From: Chloroflexota bacterium
GTDB taxonomy: Bacteria; Chloroflexota; Limnocylindria; Limnocylindrales; CSP1-4
Assembly: GCA_034666725.1 (NCBI GenBank)
Contig: JAXDLE010000004.1
Coordinates: forward strand, 1-48,703
Length of the DNA: 48,703 nucleotides
Direction of reading: 5' to 3'
The notes beneath the pieces were generated by a model. It made no database searches, had not been told where the DNA came from, and saw nothing but the letters and a program-made list of their open reading frames with translations. This document shows positions 25,121 through 33,946 of the stretch, piece by piece. Numbering within the stretch: position 1 is the stretch's first letter; every line of letters starts with the position of its first letter. The position numbers were made by a program, and so were the translations under genes.

Positions 25121-25657
25121 ATGTCCCCTGTCCATCCTGCGGTCCAGCGTGTGCTCGACGCTGCCGCACGCAAGGGCGTGCAGCTCGAGGTGCGCGAGTT
25201 CGACCGCTCGACCCACACGGCCGCAGACGCTGCGGCTGCGGTCGGCGCCGAGGTGGGCCAGATCGTAAAGAGCCTCGTCTTCGTGGCCGATGGCGCGAAC
25301 GGCATCCAAGCGTGCCTGGTGCTGGCGAGTGGTGCCAATACCGTTGATGTCGGCCTATTGGCGTCGGCATTGACCGAGCCCACCATGCGCCGCGCCACAG
25401 CTGCTGAAGCGCGTGAGCTGACAGGCTTCGCGATTGGCGGCATCCCGCCCTTCGGCCACACCACGGCAATCCGGACCCTCATGGATCCCGACCTGGCACG
25501 TTTCGAGACTGTCTGGGCCGCGGCCGGCACCCCGAACGCAGTCTTTGCAGTCACGCCTACAGCGCTGCGCATCCTGACCAACGCCGTCGTCACCCCGATC
25601 AGCGCCGCGCGCGAGCCGGTCACGGGGCCGCTGTCGGCGAACGCCGGCAGCGCCTGA
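25121..25657 (+). CDS. YbaK/EbsC-family aminoacyl-tRNA editing (deacylase) domain protein
   Basis: Matches are VQRVLDAAARKGV...EVREFD.STHTAADAA, IVKSLVF, TGFAIGGIPPFGH and VWAAAGTPNAVF. The ATG at 25121 is in frame with the track ORF 24296..25657. The upstream part of that ORF is antisense to thiN and is rejected. Confidence 0.85.
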   Translation: MSPVHPAVQRVLDAAARKGVQLEVREFDRSTHTAADAAAAVGAEVGQIVKSLVFVADGANGIQACLVLASGANTVDVGLLASALTEPTMRRATAAEARELTGFAIGGIPPFGHTTAIRTLMDPDLARFETVWAAAGTPNAVFAVTPTALRILTNAVVTPISAAREPVTGPLSANAGSA

Positions 25658-25670
25658 CCGCCGCCCGCGC

Positions 25671-26249
25671 GTGACCGCGCCGCGCGCAGACGCACAGCGG
25701 CTTTCCGTCCAATACCCGGGCGGCATCGCCGCCCGCTACCGCTGGGTGGGCACCGGCGGCGGGCCGGATTTGTTCGCGATCTCGGAGGCGATCGGGGCCC
25801 TGACCGATCACGGGCCGCTGGCCGATCCCGACCCGGACCACCTGTGCCGGATGGAACTTCATGTCGAGTCGCCGGTAGGCGGTTGGACAGCCCGCTTCGC
25901 GTCGCCCATCTACGACGAGCCGCGCGGCGCCCTATGGGACGAGGCGGGCCTGATGCTCGTCGCCTACGGATTCATGATGTATGCGCTTGAGCCGCGCTCG
26001 GGCACGCTCGCCTGGGCGCATAAGAGCGGCTCGCCCGTCGTGGCCGTCATTGCCTCGTCGCGGCTCGATCACGTCCTGCTCCAGACCGAGATCGAGACGA
26101 TCGCGCTGCGCCGCGACGGCGCGGTCGCCTGGCGGGCGGCGCACAGCGACGTGATCGTCGACGCGGCATTGATCGCCGGCCGGCTCGACCTGACCACTTA
26201 CGGCGGTGCCCACGTCTACCTCGACGCGGCAAGCGGCCGCGCGGCGTGA
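25671..26249 (+). CDS. Hypothetical protein (possible PQQ-like beta-propeller repeats)
   Basis: GC-rich third positions support coding. Repeat-like segments are MYALEPRSGTLAWAHK and IALRRDGAVAWRAAH. I made no secure family assignment. Confidence 0.5.
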   Translation: MTAPRADAQRLSVQYPGGIAARYRWVGTGGGPDLFAISEAIGALTDHGPLADPDPDHLCRMELHVESPVGGWTARFASPIYDEPRGALWDEAGLMLVAYGFMMYALEPRSGTLAWAHKSGSPVVAVIASSRLDHVLLQTEIETIALRRDGAVAWRAAHSDVIVDAALIAGRLDLTTYGGAHVYLDAASGRAA

Positions 26250-26429
26250 TGCAAAGTGGTGCGGATAGGCGACGAAACTGTGGATAGTCGGTGGATACGT
26301 GCGGGCGACGCCGACCGAATCGGTGGAAAACTGCATTGACCGCATATAGATTTCATGCCTACGGTGGGCTCAGCCCGGAGGGGTCAGCAGCGACGCTAGC
26401 GACCGCGATCACATCAAGGTCCACGCCTC

Positions 26430-27455
26430 GTGAAGGTTTCTCCGGGTGTTTCCATGCCCGGCGCGGCCGGCCCTGACACGATGCCCTGGTCGATCGTGTT
26501 GGCCGCCGCGGGCGCGGCCGCCCTGGTCGTGGCGCTCCTGCTCCTGCGCTCGCTTGGCACGCGATTCCGGATCGGCCGGCTGCTCTCCGCGGCGCGCGAG
26601 GTGACGCTCGAGGAGTGTCGGGAACTGGCCGCCGGTGCGGCCGTCTACGTCCGCGTGAGCGGCCGGATCAGCAGCACCGAGGAATTCCCCGACGATAACG
26701 ACCGGCCGCTCGTGTTCCGGCGCACCCGGCTCGAGGTGCAGGTCGCGCCGGACCGCTGGCGGACCGTGCGCGACGAGCGCGAAGCGGTGCCGTTCGGAGT
26801 CGAGTCGCGCTCGGAGTTCGTCGCGATCGACCAGGACGCGCTTCGCGACGGCCTCGTGGCGATCCCGCGCATCGCCACCGGCCGCGTCGCCGAGCTGCAG
26901 GCAGATATGGCTGCGGCGGCGAGCGGCGCTGATCCCGACTCACCCGTGCGACTCACCATCGAACAGCTCTCCGCCGTCGAGCAGGTCAGCGTGTGCGGCA
27001 AACCCGAGATGCGCGACGGCCAGCCAACGCTGACCGCGGGCCTCGGCCGGCCGTTGATCGTGACCGCGCTCGATCGGCCGGCCGCAATGCGTCTGCTGGC
27101 GAGCGGCGCGCGCCGGCGGGTAGCGGCCGCGGCGCTGCTCATTGCCGGCGGCCTCGCGTTGGTGGCGCTGGCGGTGGGCGTGGCCGTTCTGGCCACCGCG
27201 CTTGCCGCGCCCGTCCTTGCTGCCAGCCCAACGGCCCTGCCAACGCCCGAGCCGAGCACGGTCATCGGCGTGCCAACCGACCCACGTGCCGGCGGTGGCG
27301 CGCCGCTGGTCGGTGCGCCGGGACTAGCCCTGCTGGCGGTCGCGGGGGCCGGCCTTGGCGCCGCTTTGGCCACACTCGCCTACGTGCGCCTGACGGCTCG
27401 GCCCACGTCCCGGCCAGCATCCCGGCCTATTGGCAGGTCCAGTCCCCGGCGCTAA
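26430..27455 (+). CDS. Membrane protein, possibly GIDE-domain-like (N-terminal TM, soluble domain, C-terminal TM pair)
   Basis: The first TM helix is WSIVLAAAGAAALVVALLLL. The soluble region is AVYVRVSGRISSTEEFPDDNDRPLVFRRTRLEV. The C-terminal helices are AAAALLIAGGLALVALAVGVAVLA and LVGAPGLALLAVAGAGLGAALA. The start is uncertain. Confidence 0.5.
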   Translation: MKVSPGVSMPGAAGPDTMPWSIVLAAAGAAALVVALLLLRSLGTRFRIGRLLSAAREVTLEECRELAAGAAVYVRVSGRISSTEEFPDDNDRPLVFRRTRLEVQVAPDRWRTVRDEREAVPFGVESRSEFVAIDQDALRDGLVAIPRIATGRVAELQADMAAAASGADPDSPVRLTIEQLSAVEQVSVCGKPEMRDGQPTLTAGLGRPLIVTALDRPAAMRLLASGARRRVAAAALLIAGGLALVALAVGVAVLATALAAPVLAASPTALPTPEPSTVIGVPTDPRAGGGAPLVGAPGLALLAVAGAGLGAALATLAYVRLTARPTSRPASRPIGRSSPRR

Positions 27456-27485
27456 GGGCACTTTTCCACACCAGCTGGACCTGTC

Positions 27486-27522
27486 GGCACGAGGGTCCGG
27501 GGGCGTCAGGGACCTTTGTGCC
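27486..27522 (+). terminator. Stable hairpin downstream of the 26430..27455 gene (possible terminator or regulatory structure)
   Basis: The sequence ggcacgagggtcc-gggggcgtca-gggacctttgtgcc forms about 13 bp including G-U pairs. It starts 31 nt after the stop codon and has no U-tract. Confidence 0.3.
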
Positions 27523-27599
27523 AATGGCGGGTCAGGTGCGGCTGGGTAGGCTCGGGCGGTCCTATTCATCATCGTACTTCTTGACATTTCCTCCATCGA

Positions 27600-30404
27600 T
27601 TGGAGCCCGCCACGACCGCCACGAACAACGCACAGCTTCTGACCGTCGGCGATGCCGCACGGATGCTGGGCGTTCACCCCAACACCGTGCGCAGCTGGAC
27701 AGAGCAGGGCGTCCTGACCTGCCTGCGCATCAACCGCCGTGGCGATCGGCGTTATGCACGCCAGGAGATCGCGCGATTTCTGGCCCAGACTGACCTCGCC
27801 AACGCCGTGTTGCCTGACTCGTCGGCGGGTGTTGCCAGCATGGCCAATGGCCACCCCAACGGACACTCCGGGGCAGCCACGAACGGTCGCTCCGGCAACC
27901 CGACCAACGGTCTGCTCACCCGCGCGGCCGCGCTCGCCGTGGGTACGGCAGACCCACGCTCCGGTGTGGAATCAATGATCGGTCTGCTGTGCATCGAGAA
28001 GGGCTACAGCGGCGCGGTTCTGGTCGCGCGGGATGGAATGACACACAACGTCTTCGGGTCGATGCAGGCCGACGAGCGGCTGGCCACACGCGCAACCAGC
28101 CGCCACGCCGTCCTGACGACCACGCCGCGCCGGCGCGACGGCACCTACCAGGCGGCGCTGCCCTTCGGCGATGGCCAGAGCGCGGGCGGCGTTGTGCTTC
28201 TCGCGGGCACCGCCTTGACGCGCGGCCACGACGAGCCCCAGCTGCTGGCCGCGGTGGCCGCGCAGCTGGACGTTGCCGTTGCCCTTTCGTCCCAGCTTGA
28301 ACGACTCAGTAGGCGTGAGCAGCGGGCCGATCTGCTGCTGTCGATCGACAGCGACATGAGCAGCCGACTCGATCCTGACCTCGTGCTCGAGCAGCTTGTC
28401 GACCGCGCGGTCCAGGCGTTCGGCGCCCAACGCGCCGGAGTGTTCCTAACCGGTGCCGACGGTTCGTTCAAAGCGAAGGTTAGGCGAAACCTATCGGCCG
28501 AGTACTGCCAGGTGCTCGAACACGCAACGGGCCGGCCGTTGACCAACTTGGCGCTGGCCAGTCGGCGGGCCGTGACGGCGACCGACGCCAGCGACGACCC
28601 GCGCTATCTCGAGCTGCGCACCGCCATCCGGCGCGAAGGCTTCAACACCATCGCCGTGGCGCCGCTCATGTTGGAGGGCGACGCGTTCGGAGTCCTGTGC
28701 CTGTACCACGATGAAGAGCATCAGTGGCCTGAGAGCGATCTCGCCCTGCTCGAGCGCATCGCCCGCCACGGCGCGGTGGTGATGCGCAGTGCGCAGGACT
28801 ACACCCAGATGGCCAAGTGGACGGCGCAGCTGCAGTCGATTCAACAGCTCGGCGCGCGACTCACCCGGCTGCGCAGCGTCGCCGAGATCGGCCAGGCCAT
28901 CTGTGCCGAGCTGGTGCAGCTGATCGACACCCACAACACGCGGGTCTACCGCGTCGTCGACGAGAGCTGCGAACCGGTCGCATGGCGTGGCCAGATCGGC
29001 GAGTACGAGGCCGAAGACAGCGAACAGCTGCGCCTCCAGGTGGGCCAAGGCATCACCGGCTGGGTGGCGCGCTTCGGGGTGGCCCAGAACGTCGGCGACG
29101 CGGCGCACGACAAGCGGGCGCGGACCATCCCCGGGACCGAAGACGACCTCGATGAGTCGCTCCTGATCGCGCCCATGCTCTACGACGACATCGTCATCGG
29201 CGTCATCGTTCTCGCCAAGCTGGGCCTGGACCAGTTCACCGCCGACGACCTGCGACTGCTCGAGATCTACGCGTCGATAGCCGCCCAAGCGATGGCCAAT
29301 GCCGATGTCACTGAGCGGCTGCGCGCCCAGTCCGAGACACTCGCCCGCCAGGTTTCCAGCCAGCGCGAGCTTTTGCGCGTGACGGAGTCGATCCTGGGCA
29401 CGCTCGATACGCAGACCTTGCTCAGGGAAATCGCCGATCGGCTCACGACGCTCGTCGAAGTCGACAACATCTGCGTGGACCTGCACGATCCAGAGGCGGG
29501 CGTCCTGCGCCCGATCTTCGCCCACGGCACTGACGCCGCCGGCTATCTCTCCGCCGTGATGCCCGACCACCTGGGTGTCGGTGGCGATGTCCTGCGCACC
29601 GGTGAGGCGCAGCTGGTCCAGGACCAACTCTCCGACGAGCGCGTCTGGCATTTCTCGGGCAACCCAGAGGCGGGCGCGATGATCGTGGCCCCATTGCGCG
29701 ACGCCGACCGTCCGCGCGGCACTCTGACCATCGAACGCCTCGGCGCAGAGGCGCGCTTCAGTGAGGACGAGTTCGAGCTCGTGAAGCTTTTCGCGGCGCA
29801 CCTGTCAATCGCGCTGCGCAACGCCGAGACCCACCGGGCGGTCGAGATTCGCGCCGAGACAGATCGGCTGACGGGACTGCTCAACCACGGTGCATTGACT
29901 GAACAGCTGTCGCGCCTGGTCGGCCGCCGGGCCCGTTTCGGCATTTTGATGGTCGACCTCGACCACTTCAAGGAATACAACGACCACAACGGTCACCAGG
30001 CCGGCAATGTGATGCTCCAGCGGGTCGCCGACAGGCTCCGCGCGTCGTGCCGCGACAGTGACCTGGTCTTCCGGTTCGGCGGCGACGAGTTCGCGCTGCT
30101 GCTGCCCGGCACGGGTCTCGCCGGCGCGCGCGTCGTTGCCGAAAAGGTGAACGAGGCGATCGCCGAGATCGAGGGCGGCAAGAACGGCGACCGTGTCACC
30201 TGCTCGGTCGGCGTGGCCGCGTTCCCGCGTGACGCGCGCGATGCCGCAAACGTCATCCTTGCCGCCGACCGCGCCTGCTATGCCGCGAAGCGCTCTGGCC
30301 GCAACCGCATAGCCACTGCCGCTGAAGGGCTCGCGCTGGCCTCCGAATTCCAGCCCACCGAGCCCACCCCGATCGACCGCCAGCAGGCATTCTCCGCGGC
30401 CTGA
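27600..30404 (+). CDS. Diguanylate cyclase with an N-terminal excisionase/MerR-type HTH and four GAF domains
   Basis: The HTH is LLTVGDAARMLGVHPNTVRSWTEQGVLTCLRINRRGDRRYARQEIARFL. There are four GAF-like modules (for example GVLCLYHDEEHQWPESDLALLERIA, GVIVLAKLGLDQFTADDLRLLEIYA, GTLTIERLGAEARFSEDEFELVKLFA). The GGDEF active site is intact (30078-30092) and the RxxD I-site RDSD (30051-30062) lies 5 residues upstream. The start is TTG at 27600. Confidence 0.9.
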   Translation: MEPATTATNNAQLLTVGDAARMLGVHPNTVRSWTEQGVLTCLRINRRGDRRYARQEIARFLAQTDLANAVLPDSSAGVASMANGHPNGHSGAATNGRSGNPTNGLLTRAAALAVGTADPRSGVESMIGLLCIEKGYSGAVLVARDGMTHNVFGSMQADERLATRATSRHAVLTTTPRRRDGTYQAALPFGDGQSAGGVVLLAGTALTRGHDEPQLLAAVAAQLDVAVALSSQLERLSRREQRADLLLSIDSDMSSRLDPDLVLEQLVDRAVQAFGAQRAGVFLTGADGSFKAKVRRNLSAEYCQVLEHATGRPLTNLALASRRAVTATDASDDPRYLELRTAIRREGFNTIAVAPLMLEGDAFGVLCLYHDEEHQWPESDLALLERIARHGAVVMRSAQDYTQMAKWTAQLQSIQQLGARLTRLRSVAEIGQAICAELVQLIDTHNTRVYRVVDESCEPVAWRGQIGEYEAEDSEQLRLQVGQGITGWVARFGVAQNVGDAAHDKRARTIPGTEDDLDESLLIAPMLYDDIVIGVIVLAKLGLDQFTADDLRLLEIYASIAAQAMANADVTERLRAQSETLARQVSSQRELLRVTESILGTLDTQTLLREIADRLTTLVEVDNICVDLHDPEAGVLRPIFAHGTDAAGYLSAVMPDHLGVGGDVLRTGEAQLVQDQLSDERVWHFSGNPEAGAMIVAPLRDADRPRGTLTIERLGAEARFSEDEFELVKLFAAHLSIALRNAETHRAVEIRAETDRLTGLLNHGALTEQLSRLVGRRARFGILMVDLDHFKEYNDHNGHQAGNVMLQRVADRLRASCRDSDLVFRFGGDEFALLLPGTGLAGARVVAEKVNEAIAEIEGGKNGDRVTCSVGVAAFPRDARDAANVILAADRACYAAKRSGRNRIATAAEGLALASEFQPTEPTPIDRQQAFSAA

Positions 30405-30448
30405 TCTATGTCCAGGCGGTCCGGAGCCGGACGGGCTACCGTGGGCGA

Positions 30449-31441
30449 ATGAGCGTCGCCAACGAGCACTTCGGCAAATGGGATCGGGCCGCGCGCTACC
30501 TCAAGATCGCGATGATCCTGAAGGACTATCCCGATGGCATCTCCGCCCAGGCACTGGCCGATCGAATCGGGGTATCGAAGCGAACCGTCTATCGCGATGT
30601 GCTCGCGATGGACGAACAGGCCGGACTGCCGATCTGGAACGATGAGGGCAAGTTCGGGCTGGACAAGGGCGCGTTCCTCCAGCCTCTCGCGCTGACGCTG
30701 CATGAAGCCACCACCCTGTTTCTCGCCGCGCGCATGCTGGCCAAGGCAAGTGACGAGCACGACACCGAGCTGATCGGCGCGTTTGTGAAGCTGGCGTCGA
30801 TCCTCCCGCCCGTGCTGGCCGAGCACATCCAGGCAACCGTCGACGCCTTCGCGACAACGCCACCCAACGACCAGTTCACGCGCGTCTTCCGTGTGCTCGC
30901 CGAGGCCTGGGCGAAGCAGCGCGTAGTCCAGATCGAGTACGACTCGGGCGTGTACGACCCCAAGAAGGGCCCGCGCAAGACACGCGTGCGGCCGCTCGCG
31001 ATCGAGCCGTCCGCGCTGACTCACGCGCTGTACCTGATCGGCTACGACGAGAGCCGCAAGGCACGCCGCACCTACAAAGTCGAACGCATCCTGTCGGCGT
31101 CGCTCACGCCCGAGACCTTCACCCCGCCCGAGGGCGAGTCATCGGCGCGCGAGCTGCTGCGGGCGTGGGACGTCATAGCCGACGAGGACCCGATCAAGGT
31201 TGTGATTCGCTTCTCATCCGCCGTGGCCAAGCGCGCCGCCGAGACGCGCTGGCATCCCTCGCAGACACTCGAGCCGCAGAAGGATGGCTCACTCCTGTGG
31301 CACGGCCAGGTGGCGGGGATGCGCGAGATCAAAATCTGGATACTGGGCTGGGGGGCGGACGCCGAGGTCCTCGAGCCCGCCGCGCTGCGCGACGAGGTCG
31401 CGGCCGAGCTGCGCAAGGCGGCGGCGCTCTACAAGGCCTGA
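30449..31441 (+). CDS. HTH-WYL domain transcriptional regulator
   Basis: The N-terminal wHTH is ISAQALADRIGVSKRTVYRDVLAMDEQAGLPIW. The central WYL-like region is VVQIEYDSGVYDP...RVRPLAIEPSALTHALYLIGYDESRKARRTYKVERI. The C-terminal WCX-like segment is KIWILGWGADAEVLEPAALRDEV. Confidence 0.85.
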   Translation: MSVANEHFGKWDRAARYLKIAMILKDYPDGISAQALADRIGVSKRTVYRDVLAMDEQAGLPIWNDEGKFGLDKGAFLQPLALTLHEATTLFLAARMLAKASDEHDTELIGAFVKLASILPPVLAEHIQATVDAFATTPPNDQFTRVFRVLAEAWAKQRVVQIEYDSGVYDPKKGPRKTRVRPLAIEPSALTHALYLIGYDESRKARRTYKVERILSASLTPETFTPPEGESSARELLRAWDVIADEDPIKVVIRFSSAVAKRAAETRWHPSQTLEPQKDGSLLWHGQVAGMREIKIWILGWGADAEVLEPAALRDEVAAELRKAAALYKA

Positions 31442-31451
31442 TCGGGCCGGA

Positions 31452-31868
31452 CTAGCCGGGAACGACCTCGCGCGGCAGGTCGCGCACTGCTTCCGCAAAG
31501 CGCTCGAGCCAGTGGCGCCATAGCTCCTCGTGCAGGTCGAGCTCGGCGCGCGTGCGCAGGCCGACATGACGCAGCGTCAGGTGGGTCCGGGCGCCGTGGT
31601 CGATCGCGTCGAACGCGACGACGGTCGATTGGGCGTCGCGCCGACCGGACCACTCCCAGGTGTACGAAGCGTGCTGAGGCGGGTCGAGCGCCAGCACCTT
31701 GCCCGTGGCAGTGGCGCCACGCAGCTGGACGCGCAGCGCGCCGCCGACGCGCGGCTCGAGCTCGGCCGCGTCGAGCCAGCGGCGCAGCCCGGCCTCCGTG
31801 GCGAACAGCTCGAACACAGCTTCGCGCGACGCGTCGACCTCGAGTTGCAGCTCCACGCGGTCGGTCAT
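31452..31868 (-). CDS. SRPBCC-superfamily protein (AHSA1/START-like)
   Basis: The segment VELQLEVDASREAVFELFATEAGLRRWL...SYTWEW...TVVAFD is typical of Aha1-domain small proteins. Confidence 0.75.
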   Translation of the reverse strand: MTDRVELQLEVDASREAVFELFATEAGLRRWLDAAELEPRVGGALRVQLRGATATGKVLALDPPQHASYTWEWSGRRDAQSTVVAFDAIDHGARTHLTLRHVGLRTRAELDLHEELWRHWLERFAEAVRDLPREVVPG

Positions 31869-31872
31869 GCCA

Positions 31873-33876
31873 TCAATCGGCCGGCGAGGCTGCGCGCGCC
31901 GGTCTGAATCGGAAGTACGCCCAGAAGAGCACGGACGAGATCCCGAAGAGCGCCAGCAGCAGGATGAGCGTGAAGAAAGAGGTCCGCGTCGTATCGGCCA
32001 GGTAGCCCGATCCTTCGGCGGGGTTGAGCAGAACGTGCGCGAAGCCGAACAGGCCCAGACCCATCAGCGCCGCCCACACGCGGCGATCCCAGGTGTAGAC
32101 GGCTTGCCCCGGCATGAAGCGCAGCGGCAGCATCGCGAATACGGCGTTCTCGAGGCCCGCCACCACGATGGTCACCGCCGCCGCCTCAAGGAGGCCGGCG
32201 CCAAGGTCGCCGGGCGGGCTGCCCGCACTCCGCATGAAGGCCAACACGATCCACGCGACGAGTGCCACGAGCAACGACGCGCCGGCGGCGATGGCCTCCG
32301 CCCGGCCTTCGAGGCGGCGCTCGACGCCGTGTGCGAACAGGAAGCCAATGATCAGCCCGTACAGGTAGCCCGGCTGGAAGTTCGCGAACCGGCTGACGAG
32401 GACGCATACGACACCGATCACCAGGGTTGCCGGCAGCGCCCGCACCGTCAGCGGGAGGCCGTCTTTGCGCGCCAGGATGATGAGCGGCAGGCCGTACGCG
32501 AGCAACACGACGAAGAGCCCGATCGCGAGGCCGGCGAACGTCGCCAGCGAATCGAGGCTCAAGCCGAAGGTCGGGTCGAGGAACGCGTAGAGCAGCGCGG
32601 TCAGGACCACGAAACCCGCGATCCTCAGTGGCGACCGCCATGGGTCCTTTTGAGCCTCCGACTGGCCCGCTGGAGCAGCCTGCTCAACGGGTCGGTCGCG
32701 AGCTTCAGGGGGAGCCTGCAACTGCGGGGGAGAGGCGACCAGGAACGGCGGCATCTCACCGGACGCCGCCATTGACGGCGGCGGCAACGACGACGCATCG
32801 GCCAACGGCCGCCGGTTTGCAACCTGGCTTCGGAACGCGTCGCGCAATCTGCGCCACAGCCTGCCTAACGCTGCGCTCAGGCGCGAGAGCCAGCCCATGA
32901 CCTCGGCGTAGTTCTCCTCGAGCGTGTTGTTGAACAGCGCCGACGGAAACGGCACAAGCACGATCACGCCGGCGGTGATGGCAACGCTCTGCGCAACGAC
33001 GATCGGATCGAGCGTGATCTGGGTCGGCACGGAGTCGCGAAACGAGCCCGCCGCGCCGCTGGTCGGGGATCCGCCGACCGGCGAGAAAAACGTTTCGTGT
33101 GAGAAGACGGCCGACACGCCCGGCCCGATGTTGAACGGCCACGAGATACCGGCGCCGTTATCAAATACGAATTGCTCGGTGCAGGCGCACGTATCGGGAA
33201 AGAGCACCTGGCTATCGATGCGCGTCCAGACCTCGCCATAGGCACCGGCGAAATAGTGGCTACCGACGGTGATCGGCAGCCACTGCTCGACGCGCCGGCC
33301 AAGCGCCGGGTCGACGATGCACGACGGCGATCCGCCATCGACGCGCACGAAGCCCGCGTCGCTGCCCTGCAGGTAGCAGTCGCCGGCGCGGTAGGTAACG
33401 CCGGTCTGGACGGCATTCCCGACGTTCGCTATCTCGACGTCGGTCCTATAGGCGCGGCTGCCGACGGCATAGCTATCCGTCTCGGTGATGCGCAGCCCGG
33501 CTTCCGGGATGGTGACGACGGTCACGATGCGGAATGGATCTGCCAGCGTGCCCGCGCCGGTCACGGGTGTCTGGCTCACAGTGGTGAATCCGGTCAGCGC
33601 CGCAGATGTCGAGGCGGGTCCCCAGACGCTGGCGCCAAGAGCGACGAACGTCCCGCAGTCGCCTTCGGTCGATGTGCTCGGGAAGAACTCGAACCCTGGG
33701 TCGCCCGCATATGCGACCTGGCAGCCCAGCGTGTCGCTGATGAAGATCTGGCTCAATGGGCCGGGTGAGGTGATCACGCCGGTCACCGCGACAGCCCGCG
33801 CGGGCATGAGCAGGAGCGCGCCACTGAACAGCAGGATCGCGCTCAGGATCCGGGCAACGGCCGCTCGGCTCGCCAT
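31873..33876 (-). CDS. Large secreted-domain plus polytopic membrane protein of unknown function
   Basis: The signal peptide is ILSAILLFSGALLLMPARAVA. About 330 extracytoplasmic residues and a Pro-rich linker follow, then about 8 TM helices containing the motif ENAVFAMLPLRFMPG. The gene lies 4 nt upstream of the SRPBCC gene. Confidence 0.7.
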   Translation of the reverse strand: MASRAAVARILSAILLFSGALLLMPARAVAVTGVITSPGPLSQIFISDTLGCQVAYAGDPGFEFFPSTSTEGDCGTFVALGASVWGPASTSAALTGFTTVSQTPVTGAGTLADPFRIVTVVTIPEAGLRITETDSYAVGSRAYRTDVEIANVGNAVQTGVTYRAGDCYLQGSDAGFVRVDGGSPSCIVDPALGRRVEQWLPITVGSHYFAGAYGEVWTRIDSQVLFPDTCACTEQFVFDNGAGISWPFNIGPGVSAVFSHETFFSPVGGSPTSGAAGSFRDSVPTQITLDPIVVAQSVAITAGVIVLVPFPSALFNNTLEENYAEVMGWLSRLSAALGRLWRRLRDAFRSQVANRRPLADASSLPPPSMAASGEMPPFLVASPPQLQAPPEARDRPVEQAAPAGQSEAQKDPWRSPLRIAGFVVLTALLYAFLDPTFGLSLDSLATFAGLAIGLFVVLLAYGLPLIILARKDGLPLTVRALPATLVIGVVCVLVSRFANFQPGYLYGLIIGFLFAHGVERRLEGRAEAIAAGASLLVALVAWIVLAFMRSAGSPPGDLGAGLLEAAAVTIVVAGLENAVFAMLPLRFMPGQAVYTWDRRVWAALMGLGLFGFAHVLLNPAEGSGYLADTTRTSFFTLILLLALFGISSVLFWAYFRFRPARAASPAD

Positions 33877-33946
33877 CGCGACAAAGGATATTCGCCCGCA
33901 AGCGACGGGACGGCACCGACGACCAGTCGGGGCCCGGAGGAGACCC

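Noticed and set aside
26255-26335. DnaA-box-like cluster interpreted as a replication origin
   Set aside because: No dnaA, dnaN, rpmH, parAB or AT-rich unwinding element lies nearby, and there are only four imperfect boxes. It is kept as a candidate operator finding, not as oriC.
27581-27586. A perfect TTGACA -35-like hexamer upstream of the GGDEF gene
   Set aside because: It lies only 14 nt before the only plausible start codon (TTG at 27600), so a matching -10 would fall inside the coding region. No acceptable -10 is seen.
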